From Macrostomum lignano (lineage: Eukaryota), in assembly GCA_002269645.1 (NCBI GenBank), contig NIVC01001242.1:186001-250000 (forward strand): DNA of 64,000 nucleotides, written 5' to 3'. Positions within the stretch are counted from its first letter, which is position 1. Every line of letters begins with the position of its first letter. Below are positions 24,938 to 37,497 of this stretch, in pieces. The notes beneath the pieces were generated by a model, which was not told where the DNA came from, did no database searches, and saw only the letters and a list, made by a program, of their open reading frames with translations. Made by a program: the position numbers and the translations under genes.

Positions 24938-26185
24938 CAATATATTCCTCGAGTGCAGAAACCAATATATTCCTCGAGTGCAGAAACCGATACATTCCTC
25001 GAGTGCAGAAACCGATACATTCCTCGAGTGCAGAAATCGATATATTCCTCGAGTGCAGAAACCGATACATTCCTCGAGTGCAGAAACCGATACATTCCTC
25101 GAGTGCAGAAATCGATATATTCCTCGAGTGCAGAAATCGATATATTCCTCGAGTGCAGAAACCGATATATTCCTCGAGTGCAGAAACCGATACATTCCTC
25201 GAGTGCAGAAACCGATATATTCCTCGAGTGAAGAAATCGATATATTCCTCGAGTGCAGAAACCGATATATTCCTCGAGTGCAGAAATCGATATATTCCTC
25301 GAGTGCAGAAACCGATACATTCCTCGAGTGCAGAAATCGATATATTCCTCGAGTGCAGAAACCGATATATTCCTCGAGTGCAGAAACCAATATATTCCTC
25401 GAGTGCAGAAATCGATATATTCCTCGAGTGCAGAAATCAATACATTCCTCGAGTGCAGAAATCGATATATTCCTCGAGTGCAGAAATCGATATATTCCTC
25501 GAGTGCAGAAACCAATATATTCCTCGAGTGCAGAAATCAATATATTCCTCGAGTGCAGAAATCGATATATTCCTCGAGTGCAGAAATCGATACATTCCTC
25601 GAGTGCAGAAATCGATATATTCCTCGAGTGCAGAAATCAATATATTCCTCGAGTGCAGAAACCAATATATTCCTCGAGTGCAGAAATCGATGTATTCCTC
25701 GAGTGCAGAAATCGATATATTCCTCGAGTGCAGAAATCGATATATTCCTCGAGTGCAGAAATCGATATATTCCTCGAGTGCAGAAATCGATATATTCCTC
25801 GAGTGCAGAAATCAATACATTCCTCGAGTGCAGAAATCGATATATTCCTCGAGTGCAGAAATCAATACATTCCTCGAGTGCAGAAATCGATATATTCCTC
25901 GAGTGCAGAAATCAATATATTCCTCGAGTGCAGAAATCGATATATTCCTCGAGTGCAGAAATCGATATATTCCTCGAGTGCAGAAATCAATACATTCCTC
26001 GAGTGCAGAAACCAATATATTCCTCGAGTGCAGAAATCAATACATTCCTCGAGTGCAGAAATCGATATATTCCTCGAGTGCAGAAATCGATATATTCCTC
26101 GAGTGCAGAAACCAATATATTCCTCGAGTGCAGAAATCGATATATTCCTCGAGTGCAGAAATCGATATATTCCTCGAGTGCAGAG
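24938..26185. repeat. 25-bp minisatellite (AATCGATATATTCCTCGAGTGCAGA), ~50 copies
   Basis: Tandem units without spacers. Confidence 0.95.
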
Positions 26186-26919
26186 ATGCGCCCTAATAAC
26201 AAAGCCAACTCTATAACAATAACGAGGTCCTCCGAAAGGGCGTCTTCTTCTAGAAATAATGGAATCGGAGTCGTGTGCTCCTATCGGTTACTTTAGGGTA
26301 CCAAAATCAATCAATCAGTAATCGACTAAGAGTATCGGAATCGGTCCGCAGATCCTATCCAATCCCTTAGGAATAGGGAGGCCTCAAATTCAATAACTCA
26401 ATAAATCGACTGATCAGTAACGACCGGCAATGACACAGCTCTCAATAATCGAATAACAAAGAATCAAATAACAAAGACTCTAACAAAGGCTTACCAATTG
26501 GTATTTGTCTCTCTCAGAGATATAGCCTTGCTTAGTAGTTCTGGCTAAGCCTAAGATCTCTTAAGGCTGCTCCGAGTCTGAGGTTTCAGCCCGGATTTTC
26601 GCTTGTATTTATACACGATTTCATTCGACCTTGAGCTTCAAACTGGTTTTATTGATAAGAATCAAAAGATGGACTTTGTCTCTTGACCGGTGGGGTTTTA
26701 AATAGAAAGGGGTGAAGCCTAGATCGCATTTAAATTGACATTTACCATATTTGGAAATATAGGTTGAAAACCGGTTTTTTGGACTATGTAATGATCACTC
26801 GCTGTTTATGTGATATTGCATGTATTACTGAAAATAGAGTATGACGCATGTTAGTTTTAAATAGTATTCATGTTTTTATCTTGCTACTTTTAGTAGCCAA
26901 CTAGGCTTGGAGATCTCTA

Positions 26920-27748
26920 CACACCGACAGTTCTTCCATCCGTCACACACCTTCAAGGGGGTAGTAAAATCCCAAGTCCTTCGGTACGCTCGTATCTGTG
27001 ATGACTACAAGTCTTTCAACGATGCTTTCAATTCTTTAAAATCGGAACTCAAGCAATTAGGCTACTCGAAGATTTTTTTAGAAACTGCAAAAAGAAGGTC
27101 CTCAAACTTATGAACTGGACTGTGGAACCAACGAACAATCTGGGTCTGCTTCCCAAAGGGTTCCATCCCTGTGGGTCATCCCGCTGCAAATGCTGCAACC
27201 ACTCACCGCATGCTCTCTCCGCCCAGGGACTGGGACCGGCTTCCGGTTTTTTAATCTCTCAGAGCCTGTCCTGTGGCTCCAAGAACATCATCTATGGCAT
27301 CTCCTGTAACCAGTGCCACCCTGGGAAAATCCTCTATGTAGGGATGACTAGAAGAACAATGAGAGATAGAATGAACCAGCACAGGTCAAATAATAACAGG
27401 AGAGTCGTTACTTCGGGGTCAGAGCACTTTCTCACTCCCAATCACTCGATTGCAAACTTTGTCACCATTGCCATTGAACAGGTTCTTAATAACAACAAAA
27501 TCGAACTAAGGGAAGAAATCTGGATTAAAAAACTGGGGACTGACAAACCGCCAGGTACGAACATCAGGGTTGACAATCACCTTCTCCGACCCATCCCATT
27601 GGTCCTTCCTTTTCACCCATCTACGGTCTGGCTCGCCAACGAGATTGCTAAAAACTTTGATAAACTACAAAATAAACCAGGCTCTCGCATACTGCCCGCA
27701 TTTACACGGCAACGTAATTTACAAAGCCTAGCTGCTGGCTCCCAATAA
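26920..27748 (+). mobile_element. Penelope-like retrotransposon (Neptune-like) 3' part: RT thumb, Cys linker, GIY-YIG endonuclease; frameshifted
   Basis: HPSHTFKGVVKSQVLRYARIC; linker GFHPCGSSRCKCCNH; NIIYGISCNQC..LYVGMTRRTMRDRMNQH..EHF..NHS..IEQV; EEIWIKKLGT..PPGTN. Confidence 0.9.
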
Positions 27749-28448
27749 GTTTAAGTCTCACCCAGGAAACCATTGAATCATTTTAACCAATGCGCTCATT
27801 TTACCCTATTGAAGTACAATATTTATTCACTTGTCATTTATTTTATCCAAACTGCTTGATTGTACGCACAAATATCGATTTTTATGCTCCTACCCTCAAT
27901 AGCGGCATTTCAACTAATCGTATAGTACTTCGAAAAAAACAATTTTTACACACTAAATATACTTTCGATTATAATGAATGGTGGAAAGCCTCTGGGACAC
28001 GTTAGAGAAATTAGGTGTTTCTTTAACATTTAAATTACATCAACTTTGACCCGCTTTGTACGGTTTTTTTTCAGCGTTGTAGGCCAACGTTGATAACCCA
28101 CCATTAAACAACCTTCTACCAACCTTTCTGTGAGAGCTCGTACATACTACTAGCAGTAGTGAGCACAGTAGAGGCACTCAATCTTGTTTTTATATATTGA
28201 AGCCTACATAGTTTGCAACTCAGCATTTGCCTCATTTTTCTGTAATATCAGCAAAGAAACTCAAAAACGCATTCACTCTTAATATAATTTGGCAAACGCA
28301 CTTTTCTAAAATCCAGCTCACTACTGTTAGTAGCTAATACTGCACAAACAGTAAACCTTAAGCGACCGAAACAGTTAAAATATGAAATACTATGCGCAAC
28401 CAGACATAAAATGTTTTTTAAGCTAATATATAAGGACAGAATAAGATA

Positions 28449-29015
<567 letters not shown>

Positions 29016-29178
29016 TCCTTGAGAGTCCACACAGTGCGCACAGTGATAGTACGCTAGATATGCCAAAGAACGCTGCTATTGGTCCGTGTGGGCTGGGGTG
29101 GGCTGGTCGAGTGCACCCGCGGACGGGAATGAGAAGTCTGGGAATTCTCTGAGTGCTAAAAATAGACACCGCTAAAAA

Positions 29179-29240
29179 TTGGTCGAGTGGCCAGTGCGCC
29201 TGACTTGAAATTGGAAGGTTTGAGGTTCGAATCTTGCTAG
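29179..29240 (+). other. Degenerate tRNA-like (SINE-head) Pol III promoter sequence
   Basis: A-box-like TGGTCGAGTGG, loop CTTGAAA, B-box GGTTCGAATC; stems poorly paired. Confidence 0.35.
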
Positions 29241-30385
29241 ACAAAATATTTTCTTGATGCAAATATTGTGGGTGTAAAAAAAGCAGAACATGCAGAAAAG
29301 CAGAAATTAGAATTTGAGTGAACAACGTTAAATTATGGTAATGAGGATTATTATTAAGATTAGAGGATTATTAGGTTTAAGCGATGAAAATACACGGATT
29401 AGAAAAGTAGTATCGAAAAAGTAAAAATTTTTATTTATTCGAACATAAATAAAAAAACGGTGGAAATGATTTTTTTACATTTTAGTACTAGCATCCATAC
29501 TTCTTCGTCTGTAATCATAGCACTTTAAATCAGTAGCTCATTTTGGGATTGTAGAATTTAAGTGATTAAGCCGGTGATAATGCATTGGAGAGCCACTCAA
29601 GCCAAATTGATATCAGGTTAGCCAATAGCCTAATATAATACTAAGATGCACAGCACAGGTAAGGCTCCTTGCGTGCCAATATCAGCAGCAGTCTGAGGGG
29701 TAAGCTCAACCGCCTGCAAGTTAGCGATGTGGCAGTCCATTAATGTGGTAGTTGCAGGCCTAAAGTTAAGTAACTCTCATGAAGTCATGGACTCATCACT
29801 CATGGTCTGTGTTTTATTGGCTTTTGTTTTGGCACGGTTTGAGCCTAGCAGCTTGCTAATATTGAACACATAGTAATCTTTTGTAACACTTCGGGTGAAG
29901 CAAATTTAGTTCCTGTCATATTTATTGTCATTGAAGTCGAAGATCAATTATACCGGTACCGTATCGACGTATCGTATTATTTTTTAAAAATTAGATTCTA
30001 TATTTGAAAGTTAAACTGTTGTGCTACCTTAGATACATTTTTTCTGGTACAAAAGTCTTCAGTTTTAAATGTATTGTGATAAAACTTAAAAACTCTCCTG
30101 CTTCTATCATGAAAAAGTTATAAAATCGAAAGGTAAGTCTAGTTTTGTTAATGTTTTCCGTAAAGCTGTTGACAACAAGAATGAATTACCTTTTTTATTT
30201 GTGGCAGGCGGGATGCCACTGAGTTGAGTAGTTTTTTTAACAGTCGATGACTAAATCTTTATTTTGGTCAGTCCGTGCGCTGATCAATAAATTATTTTCC
30301 CTTGCTTGGAGTTGTCCAGCCGATGCTCCATCGAGTGTTCCACGCTCTGTACGCTCGCGTCCCCGCGCGGGAACTTTGTTGGAAT

Positions 30386-30438
30386 CACAGATACTAGAAC
30401 AACTAGTTGTTCTAGTATCTGTGGGTCTACCAGTAGAC
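30386..30438. other. Perfect 38-bp palindrome plus adjacent small hairpin
   Basis: CACAGATACTAGAACAACT|AGTTGTTCTAGTATCTGTG (30386-30423); GTCTAC-CA-GTAGAC (30425-30438). Confidence 0.9.
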
Positions 30439-31125
30439 AATGAATCAAGAACAGGCTGAGCGGAGAGTCCCAGACACTGGGAACGCAAACGAACCGGAAA
30501 GGAGGAACAAAAAAGGGGGAGCGCAGGCAGCCAAAAAGACAACGGGACGGGAGAGGGAGAACGGGAGGGAGCTAGAGGGAGAGCTGCGGCCAACAGCTCA
30601 GATGGGTCTTTTGTGTTGCGTCAGACACGCAAGCTTAAAGTAGAAGTCCTTGAGCGGAGAGTTTATGAGTTAGTTAGCACGGTATTGCAATCTTGCAATC
30701 GGAATTGCGAATACACGGCTGGCTTAAATTCAATTTAAATAGACAAGGAGTAAAAGCCCGAAAAGCACTTTTATATAGCGTTCGTATAAATGTATATATT
30801 GATATAATATTTCACCATGTCTACTTCCGCTCAGAAGCAATTGTCAGTAGCATAAAATTAAACGACAATAAAATGTTACATATACTGTATCGCTCGTACA
30901 TGTACAAATCAGAGAAAAAAGCAAGTCATAGCAGTTTGAAATTGAGCGTGCATGAAAGACAAACAAGTGGGTTGTAAAATATATAAATAAAGTAAGTAAG
31001 TCAATGGGGAAGGCAGCGCCGGAATAAAAGTTAAAAGCTGGACCCAATGTACTTTAAAACATGTTTAAAATTAGTTGCAGGTGGGGCGCGCACCTGCTGC
31101 TTGTTTTTGTTAATCTCTAAGCGTT

Positions 31126-34100
31126 CTAAGCAACGCCGAAATGAACCGATTTCGAGCGTCGACGAGCAATCAATCGGCTGCGTTCGGTTTCGCCAAAGGC
31201 TCGAATTCTACGGAATAGCCAGTAGCCCGCGCAGAGCAGCAGGCACAGAACGTACAGGCCGAGCCAGTAGAACCTGCGGCAGTGCGGATGGCCTTACGGT
31301 GACTTCATAGATTGGGCAATGGAGGATAACATTATAGCTAGTCCTTAGGGTGTGTCCCAGTTCCAGGTGTGGCTGAGCATAGGATGTGTCTCAGTTCCAG
31401 GTGTGGCTGAGCATAGGATGTGTCTCAGTTCCAGGTGGGGCTGAGCATAGGATGTGTCTCAGTTCCAGGTGTGACTGAGCATAGGGTGTGTCCCAGTTCC
31501 AGGTGTGGCTGAGCATAGGGTGTGTCCCAGTTCCAGGTGTGGCTGAGCATAGGGTGTGTCCCAGTTCCAGGTGTGGCTGAGCATAGGGTGTGTCCCAGTT
31601 CCAGGTGTGGCTGAGCATAGGGTGTGTAACAGTTCCAGGTGTGGCTGAGCATAGGGTGTGTAACAGTTCCAGGTGTGGCTGAGCATAGGGTGTGTAACAG
31701 TTCCAGGTGTGGCTGAGCATAGGGTGTGTAACAGTTCCAGGTGTCACAGTGTCTCACAGGGCATACCTGGACACAGCCAGAGGCTAACACACAGGTGTCT
31801 CACAGTGCATACCTGGACACCAGACAGAGGCTAACACACAGGTGTCTCACAGCGCATACCTGGACACCAGCCAGAGGCTAACACACAGGTGTCTCACAGT
31901 GCATACCTGGACACCAGCCAGAGGCTAACACAGGTGTCTCACAGTGCATACCTGGACACCAGCCAGAGGCTAACATAGCAGACGCGGCCGTCGCTCTCCC
32001 GCACGGCCAGGTAGCCATAGGCCACCTCCAGAGTGCCCATCCGGTAGGAGCAGGTGGGCGAGCCGATCTCATACACTATGCCATCAGTGAGGGTAAACTT
32101 TGCCGAATCAAGCGGCTCAGTAGCGTAGGGTCCACCGCGCTTATCAGGATAGGGCGCCATAGTCTCGGCGCCGGCGGGTGACCAGCAGCCGTCGCAGCGC
32201 AGAGCGAATGCCCGATGCCTGTGACCGGTGATGACCAGGTGAGGCCGGAGCAGGCGCAACAGGGGTCTAAACTGGGTTGGCCGTTGGGTAAGCAAATTGG
32301 CGTGATTGGCTAGGATGCGAAATCCGGCCGACCCGGTCTCCGGCGTGTCTGCAATATTGCCGATTTATACTACTTAGTAAGTAGCTTAAAATACTCCGCG
32401 TTCGCTTCAATATTGGTGGTCGGTTGGCTGTCGTGCTTTTCATGCACCCATTAGGGTCATCCCCCCCCAAGGGACAGAGATTGTACATGCCTGACGATTA
32501 GAAAGTCAAAGGTCGCTGTACATCCTGTGTGAGCGTGTAAGAGTGCTCAGTACACATACTAAAACAACTACAATAGATTGGCCACTCAGGCATATATTAC
32601 TTAGTAAAACAGCTTTCTACTTTCAGTTCAGTAGCAAAGAATACATTAGCATTTTATAAAAATAAAGGCAGCTGAAATGACTTTGATAAGTTTAGAAGCC
32701 CAGCAAGCTTACAGGCGTAAACAGCTTGCTAATTGGTTCAGCAATAATGTACATTAGCCAGTCCACTAAAATGTACGTGGCAGCTTTAGGCTGGAATTCC
32801 GAGAAAGGCAATAAAAATTGAGGTGGGGCGGAGGGAGGTGGGTAGTTTGGAAAGGCGCGGTTGGAGGGTTTAAGCTGGGGGGGGTAAGAGCCAATAAATG
32901 AGCCTCGGCTTTAAAAGTGCATTAGAATGCTCCTGTTTAACTTACTACTGAACTGAAAGTAGCTAACACGCCAATGAGCTGAGTGGCCCATCTAGTCTAG
33001 TCTAGTCTAGTTATTCTAGTGTTTGTGAACGTTGTAGGACAATGTCACCGATGACACCACAACCCTCCCTGCGAATATTTCTATCTAACTTTTAGAGATC
33101 TTCCCATGCCCAAATGAATTTCTCCCAGGCGGCTTACTAGGCGCCAGGTGAGCGTAGGCGGACGCAACGTGGCGTTCGATCTCCCGCTGACAGCGAAACG
33201 CATCAGCGTAGAAGCGCAGCCACAGCATCCGCATGGACTGGCCGGCCTTGTCCGAGCCCTCCAGCCGGCCGAACTGTCTCTCGTAGTCGGCCACCCGGCC
33301 GGAGTTGACCGGCTCGGCCTCGCCGCCAACGTCATTGTCGCCGGCCAAGATGAGCCAGCGGCGCTTCGGCCAGAGGAACAGGCCGCGGAATCTGGCCATG
33401 TAGTCGGACAGGGCAGCCGGCGGCGCGGACAGGCCCTCGTCGATGAGGTCGCCGGGAAACAGCACAGTGGAAGGCTTGGCGGCGCTCAGTGCGGCGGAGT
33501 AGCCTTTGAAGAGGAACCTGCGACGGGCCATGGATTAATAAACTCTACTATATTTATGGACCTGAGCTGAGGGATCAAAGCCTCCACCAGCTTACATGTC
33601 AGCGTCCCATCTGGTCAACCAGCCGAGCGCCTGGCTCTCGTCCCGATAGCCCTGAATTTGCGGATCCGACGCAATTAGAAAGGTGACGTCTCCCTCAGGT
33701 GAGCCGCTGAAGATTTAAATCAAATATTCATTACTAGCGATATACACACATATCCACTTTTAATTGTTCTTATTAGTAGCAAGTAGAGAAATTAAAAGTA
33801 AAAATTACAAAAGGGCAATTAAGGTGGGCTAGATAAGGAAAGGCAATTAAGGTGGGCTAGATAAGGAAAGGCAATTAAGGTGGGCTAGGTAAGGAATATA
33901 CAAAAATACAATGAAATGTCATAGATACAATAAATTTGCAAAATTCTATACTACTCAATGAACAGTAGCTTAATAATAATAGCGCATATGAGGTAGATTG
34001 ACATAAAGATAAAGTGCGACCCTAGCATCTCAATAAGAAAATGTTGCTTAATGTTACATATCGGTAGTTCAATTTATACGAGCTTAAACACAGCTGAAGC

Positions 34101-34276
34101 CATCATTAATATTATTTTGAATCGAAAAACACTCACCAAATGCTGTAAATTTTCCACCACCAAGCCCAGGAATAGTAATAGTATATAATTAGCTCGTTGA
34201 AGACAACTACGCCAAAAATAATTTTCAATTCCATTGGCCAGTTGGCCAGCAAGGGCCGAAGTTTGGACAATCGCAT
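31126..34276 (-). CDS. MPPE1: Metallophosphoesterase 1-like (MPPE1/PGAP5/Cdc1 family), 5 exons, 391 aa, N- and C-terminal hydrophobic segments
   Basis: Exons 34276-34137, 33706-33596, 33517-33138, 32348-31952, 31273-31126 join in phase (1176 nt). Motifs: FNELIIY, IASDPQIQGY, WDAD, GDLIDEG, AGDNDVGGE, ILANH, PHLVITGHRH, EIGSPTCSYRMG, LWLVSRF plus TM. Confidence 0.88.
31345..31977. repeat. 34-bp array (31345-31745) and 45-47-bp array (31745-31977); the latter copies the MPPE1 exon 4 donor junction
   Basis: Units read directly. Confidence 0.92.
32617..32962. mobile_element. MITE-like element in MPPE1 intron 3
   Basis: Perfect 18-bp inverted repeats CTACTTTCAGTTCAGTAG at 32617-32634 and 32945-32962, compatible with a TA target site (Tc1/mariner type). 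Confidence 0.55.
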
Positions 34277-34367
34277 TGCGGTGTCAGCAGCTGGCAATAG
34301 TAAATCTGGTGGTATAAATTACAGCTTCCAGTTGATGGGATAAAAAGGAATGATGCAATGCATTAGC

Positions 34368-36338
34368 TACGAGGTGTATTCTAAGTTCTTTTCGGTTCAC
34401 CAAGTTATGACTATGGCCTAAACGTTCCTAGGGTTTAAAGCCTCAATCAAGGAATTCTAAATCCTACTAGAATGACAACTGAAACAGAGGTGTGGACTTT
34501 TTATACAAGATGAGGCTTACTGCGATTGCCACAGACATAGGATTTGTTTGCCACTAAGAAGAATCAGCTTCGTTCGCCCTATTTTGTCTTAGCCTGTAAA
34601 AGTGACTTTCCTGAAGCCAAGTCTCTGCGTCCTCTGCATGCCAAATAAATGCGCCGTTTTTTGGCTGCAACTCCGGCAGCGAGTCTGCAACGGCACGGTC
34701 AGCGAGGATTTCATTCCACAAGTTTCCGAAGCTGGAAAAATGTTAAAGAGCATTTCCCTAGAAGCAACTTTCAAGCCATCGAAGCACACTCGAATTTGCT
34801 GTCTTCACTTCACGGAATCAGATTTTATTACTGATAATCCGGACAGCAATGCATATCGAAAAAAGAAGCGACACGAAGGTTCAAATCTTGTAAAAAGAAG
34901 ATTTTAGAGAGGGTGCAGTTCCCATCCAATACAGCACGATCAGCAGGCCATCATATTTAACAAAAAGTCCACCAGCTTCGCGATCAGAAAACGCATCGTC
35001 GCAACGGCGTCACGAGATTGATGTCGCACGGGTGGAACAACAAGAGAGATTATTTTTCCAGTGAAAGAATTCGCTCACTTAATGATTTGGTCGCTAAGTT
35101 TTCGAAAGAGAAGAAGCCGTCCGGATTTGCTTCGCATCAATCAGCAGACACTCTCAGCATTATGCTCATACGCTCGTAGCTAATGGTCTATCTCCAATGA
35201 TCAAGAGTTCCTTGCCTCAGTTTGCAACTAGTGTTTGAGCAGCGAACCTTTCTATCAGCTACCATTCAATTTTTTGGCCCGGCTGAGCTGAATCATTTTC
35301 AAAAACAAGACGTTCGAAGCTTGATGAAGTTTCAGTTTTTGCAAGGAGACTGAGCAGACAGTTCGAAAATGGTACCGGCTGTTTGCTGATGGAAGAGAGC
35401 GTTGAGGACATTGATCGCTCTGGAAGGCCGATGACTGACTGCAACCAACGAGACTGCTGTGAAGAAAGTGCAAGAGCTCCTGGATGATGATCGGCGACGT
35501 ACTTGCGAAGACTTTGGAGAAGACGTTGGTGTGTCAGTAGGAAGCGTCCACACCATTCTGACTGAGCGTCTTCACCTGCAGAAAAAGTTCTGCAAGTGGG
35601 TGCCACACCTGCTGACAGGTGAGCAAAAGATGCAGCGAACTGTAGCTTCAAGCAGCCACCTGCTTCGGTTCCATCGAGAAGGGGAGGATTTTCTATCAAG
35701 ATTTGTTGCTGGAGACGAGCCGTGGGCTTACAGCTGGGATCCTGAGACAAAGTCCCAGTCTGCCGAATGGCTTCCAGCACATTCTCAAAGACCTCAGGTC
35801 ATCAGGAAGATCATGCACGTCATGTTTTTTGAATCCCAAGGAATTCTGCTAAACTGGGCAGTCCCCAAGGAACCACCATCAATGGGGACTACTACAAGTG
35901 GATTCTGCAGAAGTTGCGCCCAGCAATACGAAAGAAGCGCCCTGGTCTGCTGGAGTCTGGCGTGATCCTGCTGCACGACAATGCACCAGCACATCGCAAG
36001 CACAACGTCGTGGAACTCCTGAGCAAATGGGTCTGGGAAGTGATCCTGCAACATCCACCCTATTCGCATGATTTGCCACTGTGCGACTTTTCTTATTTTC
36101 ATCAGTGAAGAGGCACGTTCGGGGCATTCGATTCGACAGCGTCGAGCACATCGAAGCTGCTTGTAGTCAAGCTGTGTGGTGTGAGTTCCGGAATCAGAGG
36201 CCTGGTACATCGCTGGCAGAAGTGCAAAGATATTTGCGGTGAATATGTTGAGTGTCAGAATCATGTTAAACAATCTAACAGTGTTTTCATAGTTCCAGTG
36301 ATTTTGTGTTCAGTTTTGTAGGGCACCGAAAAGAGCTA
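34368..36338 (+). mobile_element. Degenerate mariner (DD34D-type) transposon; transposase remnants ~35283-36255
   Basis: RSLMKFQFLQG, VRKWYRLFADGR..DRSGRP, KWVPHLL, AGDEPW, LLHDNAPAH, HPPYSHDL..CDF, GIRGLVHRWQKC..GEYVE, with frameshifts. Left end TA-CGAGGTGTATTC..TCTTTTCGGT; partial right TIR ACCGAAAAGA at 36325-36334. Confidence 0.88.
34638..35250 (+). pseudogene. Frameshifted THAP zinc-finger ORF, likely the N-terminus of a P-element-like or other DNA transposase
   Basis: Across frameshifts reads MPNKCAVFGCNSG...FHKFP...LKSI...FKPSKHTRICCLHFTESDF...EGAVP, the C2CH THAP signature. Confidence 0.75.
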
Positions 36339-36830
36339 ATTAGCTAATGGGGAAAGCTAACTAACTGATGGAGAGCTAAGTCGCTAATAGGGAGAGCTAA
36401 GTAGCTAATAGGGAGAGCTAAGTGGCTAATGGGGGGAGCTAAGTAACTAATGGGTCGAGAGCTAAGTGGCTAATGGGGGGAGCTAAGTAACTAATGGGTC
36501 GAGAGCTAAGTGGCTAATGGGGAGAGCTAATTAGCTAATGGAGAGAGCTAAGTGGCTAATGGGGAGAGCTGAGTAACTAATGGGTCGAGAGCTAAGTGGC
36601 TAATGGGGAGAGCTAAGTGGCTAATGGGGAGAGCTAAGTGGCTAATGGGGAGAGCTAAGTGGCTAATGGGGAGAGCTATAACTAACTGATGGGGAGCTAA
36701 GTGGCTAATAGAGAAAGCTAAGTGGCTAATGGGAAGAGCTAAGTGGCTAATGAAAAGAGCTAAGTGGCTAACTGAGGAAGCTAAGTAGCTGATAGCGACC
36801 GTACAGTGGCTAATAGGAGTAGCTTAGTAA
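36335..36830. repeat. ~21-23-bp minisatellite (GAGAGCTAAGTGGCTAATGGG)
   Basis: Tandem units starting at the mariner right end. Confidence 0.88.
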
Positions 36831-37214
36831 CTAAAATCGCATTAATTGACTGCAGGGATCTATCCACCTTGAAGTTAATTATAAAAAATTTACCAACAAT
36901 GGACACTCAACAATCGTTTTTTTAACAAAGAAACAATTTTCAACTTGAAAAAAATGCAACTTTATGATGAAATAATATTCAACGCAGTAATTTCCCAAGT
37001 TGTCATACTAGTAAAAGTAGGGAGAGAAAGGCAGCACCAAGCATATTATTAATGACGCATGCTTTAAATGAAGCGGAAATTATGAAATTATTTGGGAAAA
37101 CTATAACTCCAGTAGACGGGAAAAATAGGAAAGGAGAAATTCAATTCAGACAATTCAGACTTGGGACAATTTTGTCTATGGCTAAAACTTGCTTTGGTTG
37201 CATAATGGATAAAT

Positions 37215-37309
37215 AATCAGCGGTCCCAGTGCGTGACAACGATTGTCTGGCGAGCGCCGGTAGGCGCGAGCCATAGACAAATCGTTGTCACGTGCTGCGA
37301 CCGCTGATT
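37215..37309 (+). other. 95-nt near-perfect hairpin (pre-miRNA-like or MITE)
   Basis: Arms AATCAGCGGTC..CGTGACAACGATTGTCT..GGCGAGCGCC / GGCGCGAGCC..AGACAAATCGTTGTCACG..GACCGCTGATT with a 4-nt loop. Confidence 0.7.
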
Positions 37310-37497
37310 CTTAGCATTGTTTTTCTGTTTGACGATCCTACAGACAATGCATTGTTTGTAGTAGTGGATTGTTCTGCCTTAAAAATGTGAACAATGATCG
37401 TCAAATTGCTAAACAATGTTTTGAACTGGGGTTTATTGCCCCAGTCTGAATTGTCTGAATTGAATTTCCGCTAGTTTTTTTTAGAACTGGACTTAGA

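Noticed and set aside
24938-26185. 25-bp repeat with palindromic cores resembling a CRISPR array
   Set aside because: Units are directly adjacent with no unique spacers, there are no cas genes, and the context is eukaryotic
29179-29240. Functional tRNA-Ser gene
   Set aside because: Acceptor and anticodon stems do not pair and the length is too short; kept only as a SINE-head-like remnant
30237-31047. Short ORFs between the PLE and MPPE1
   Set aside because: No motifs, no consistent splice partners, and overlapping on both strands
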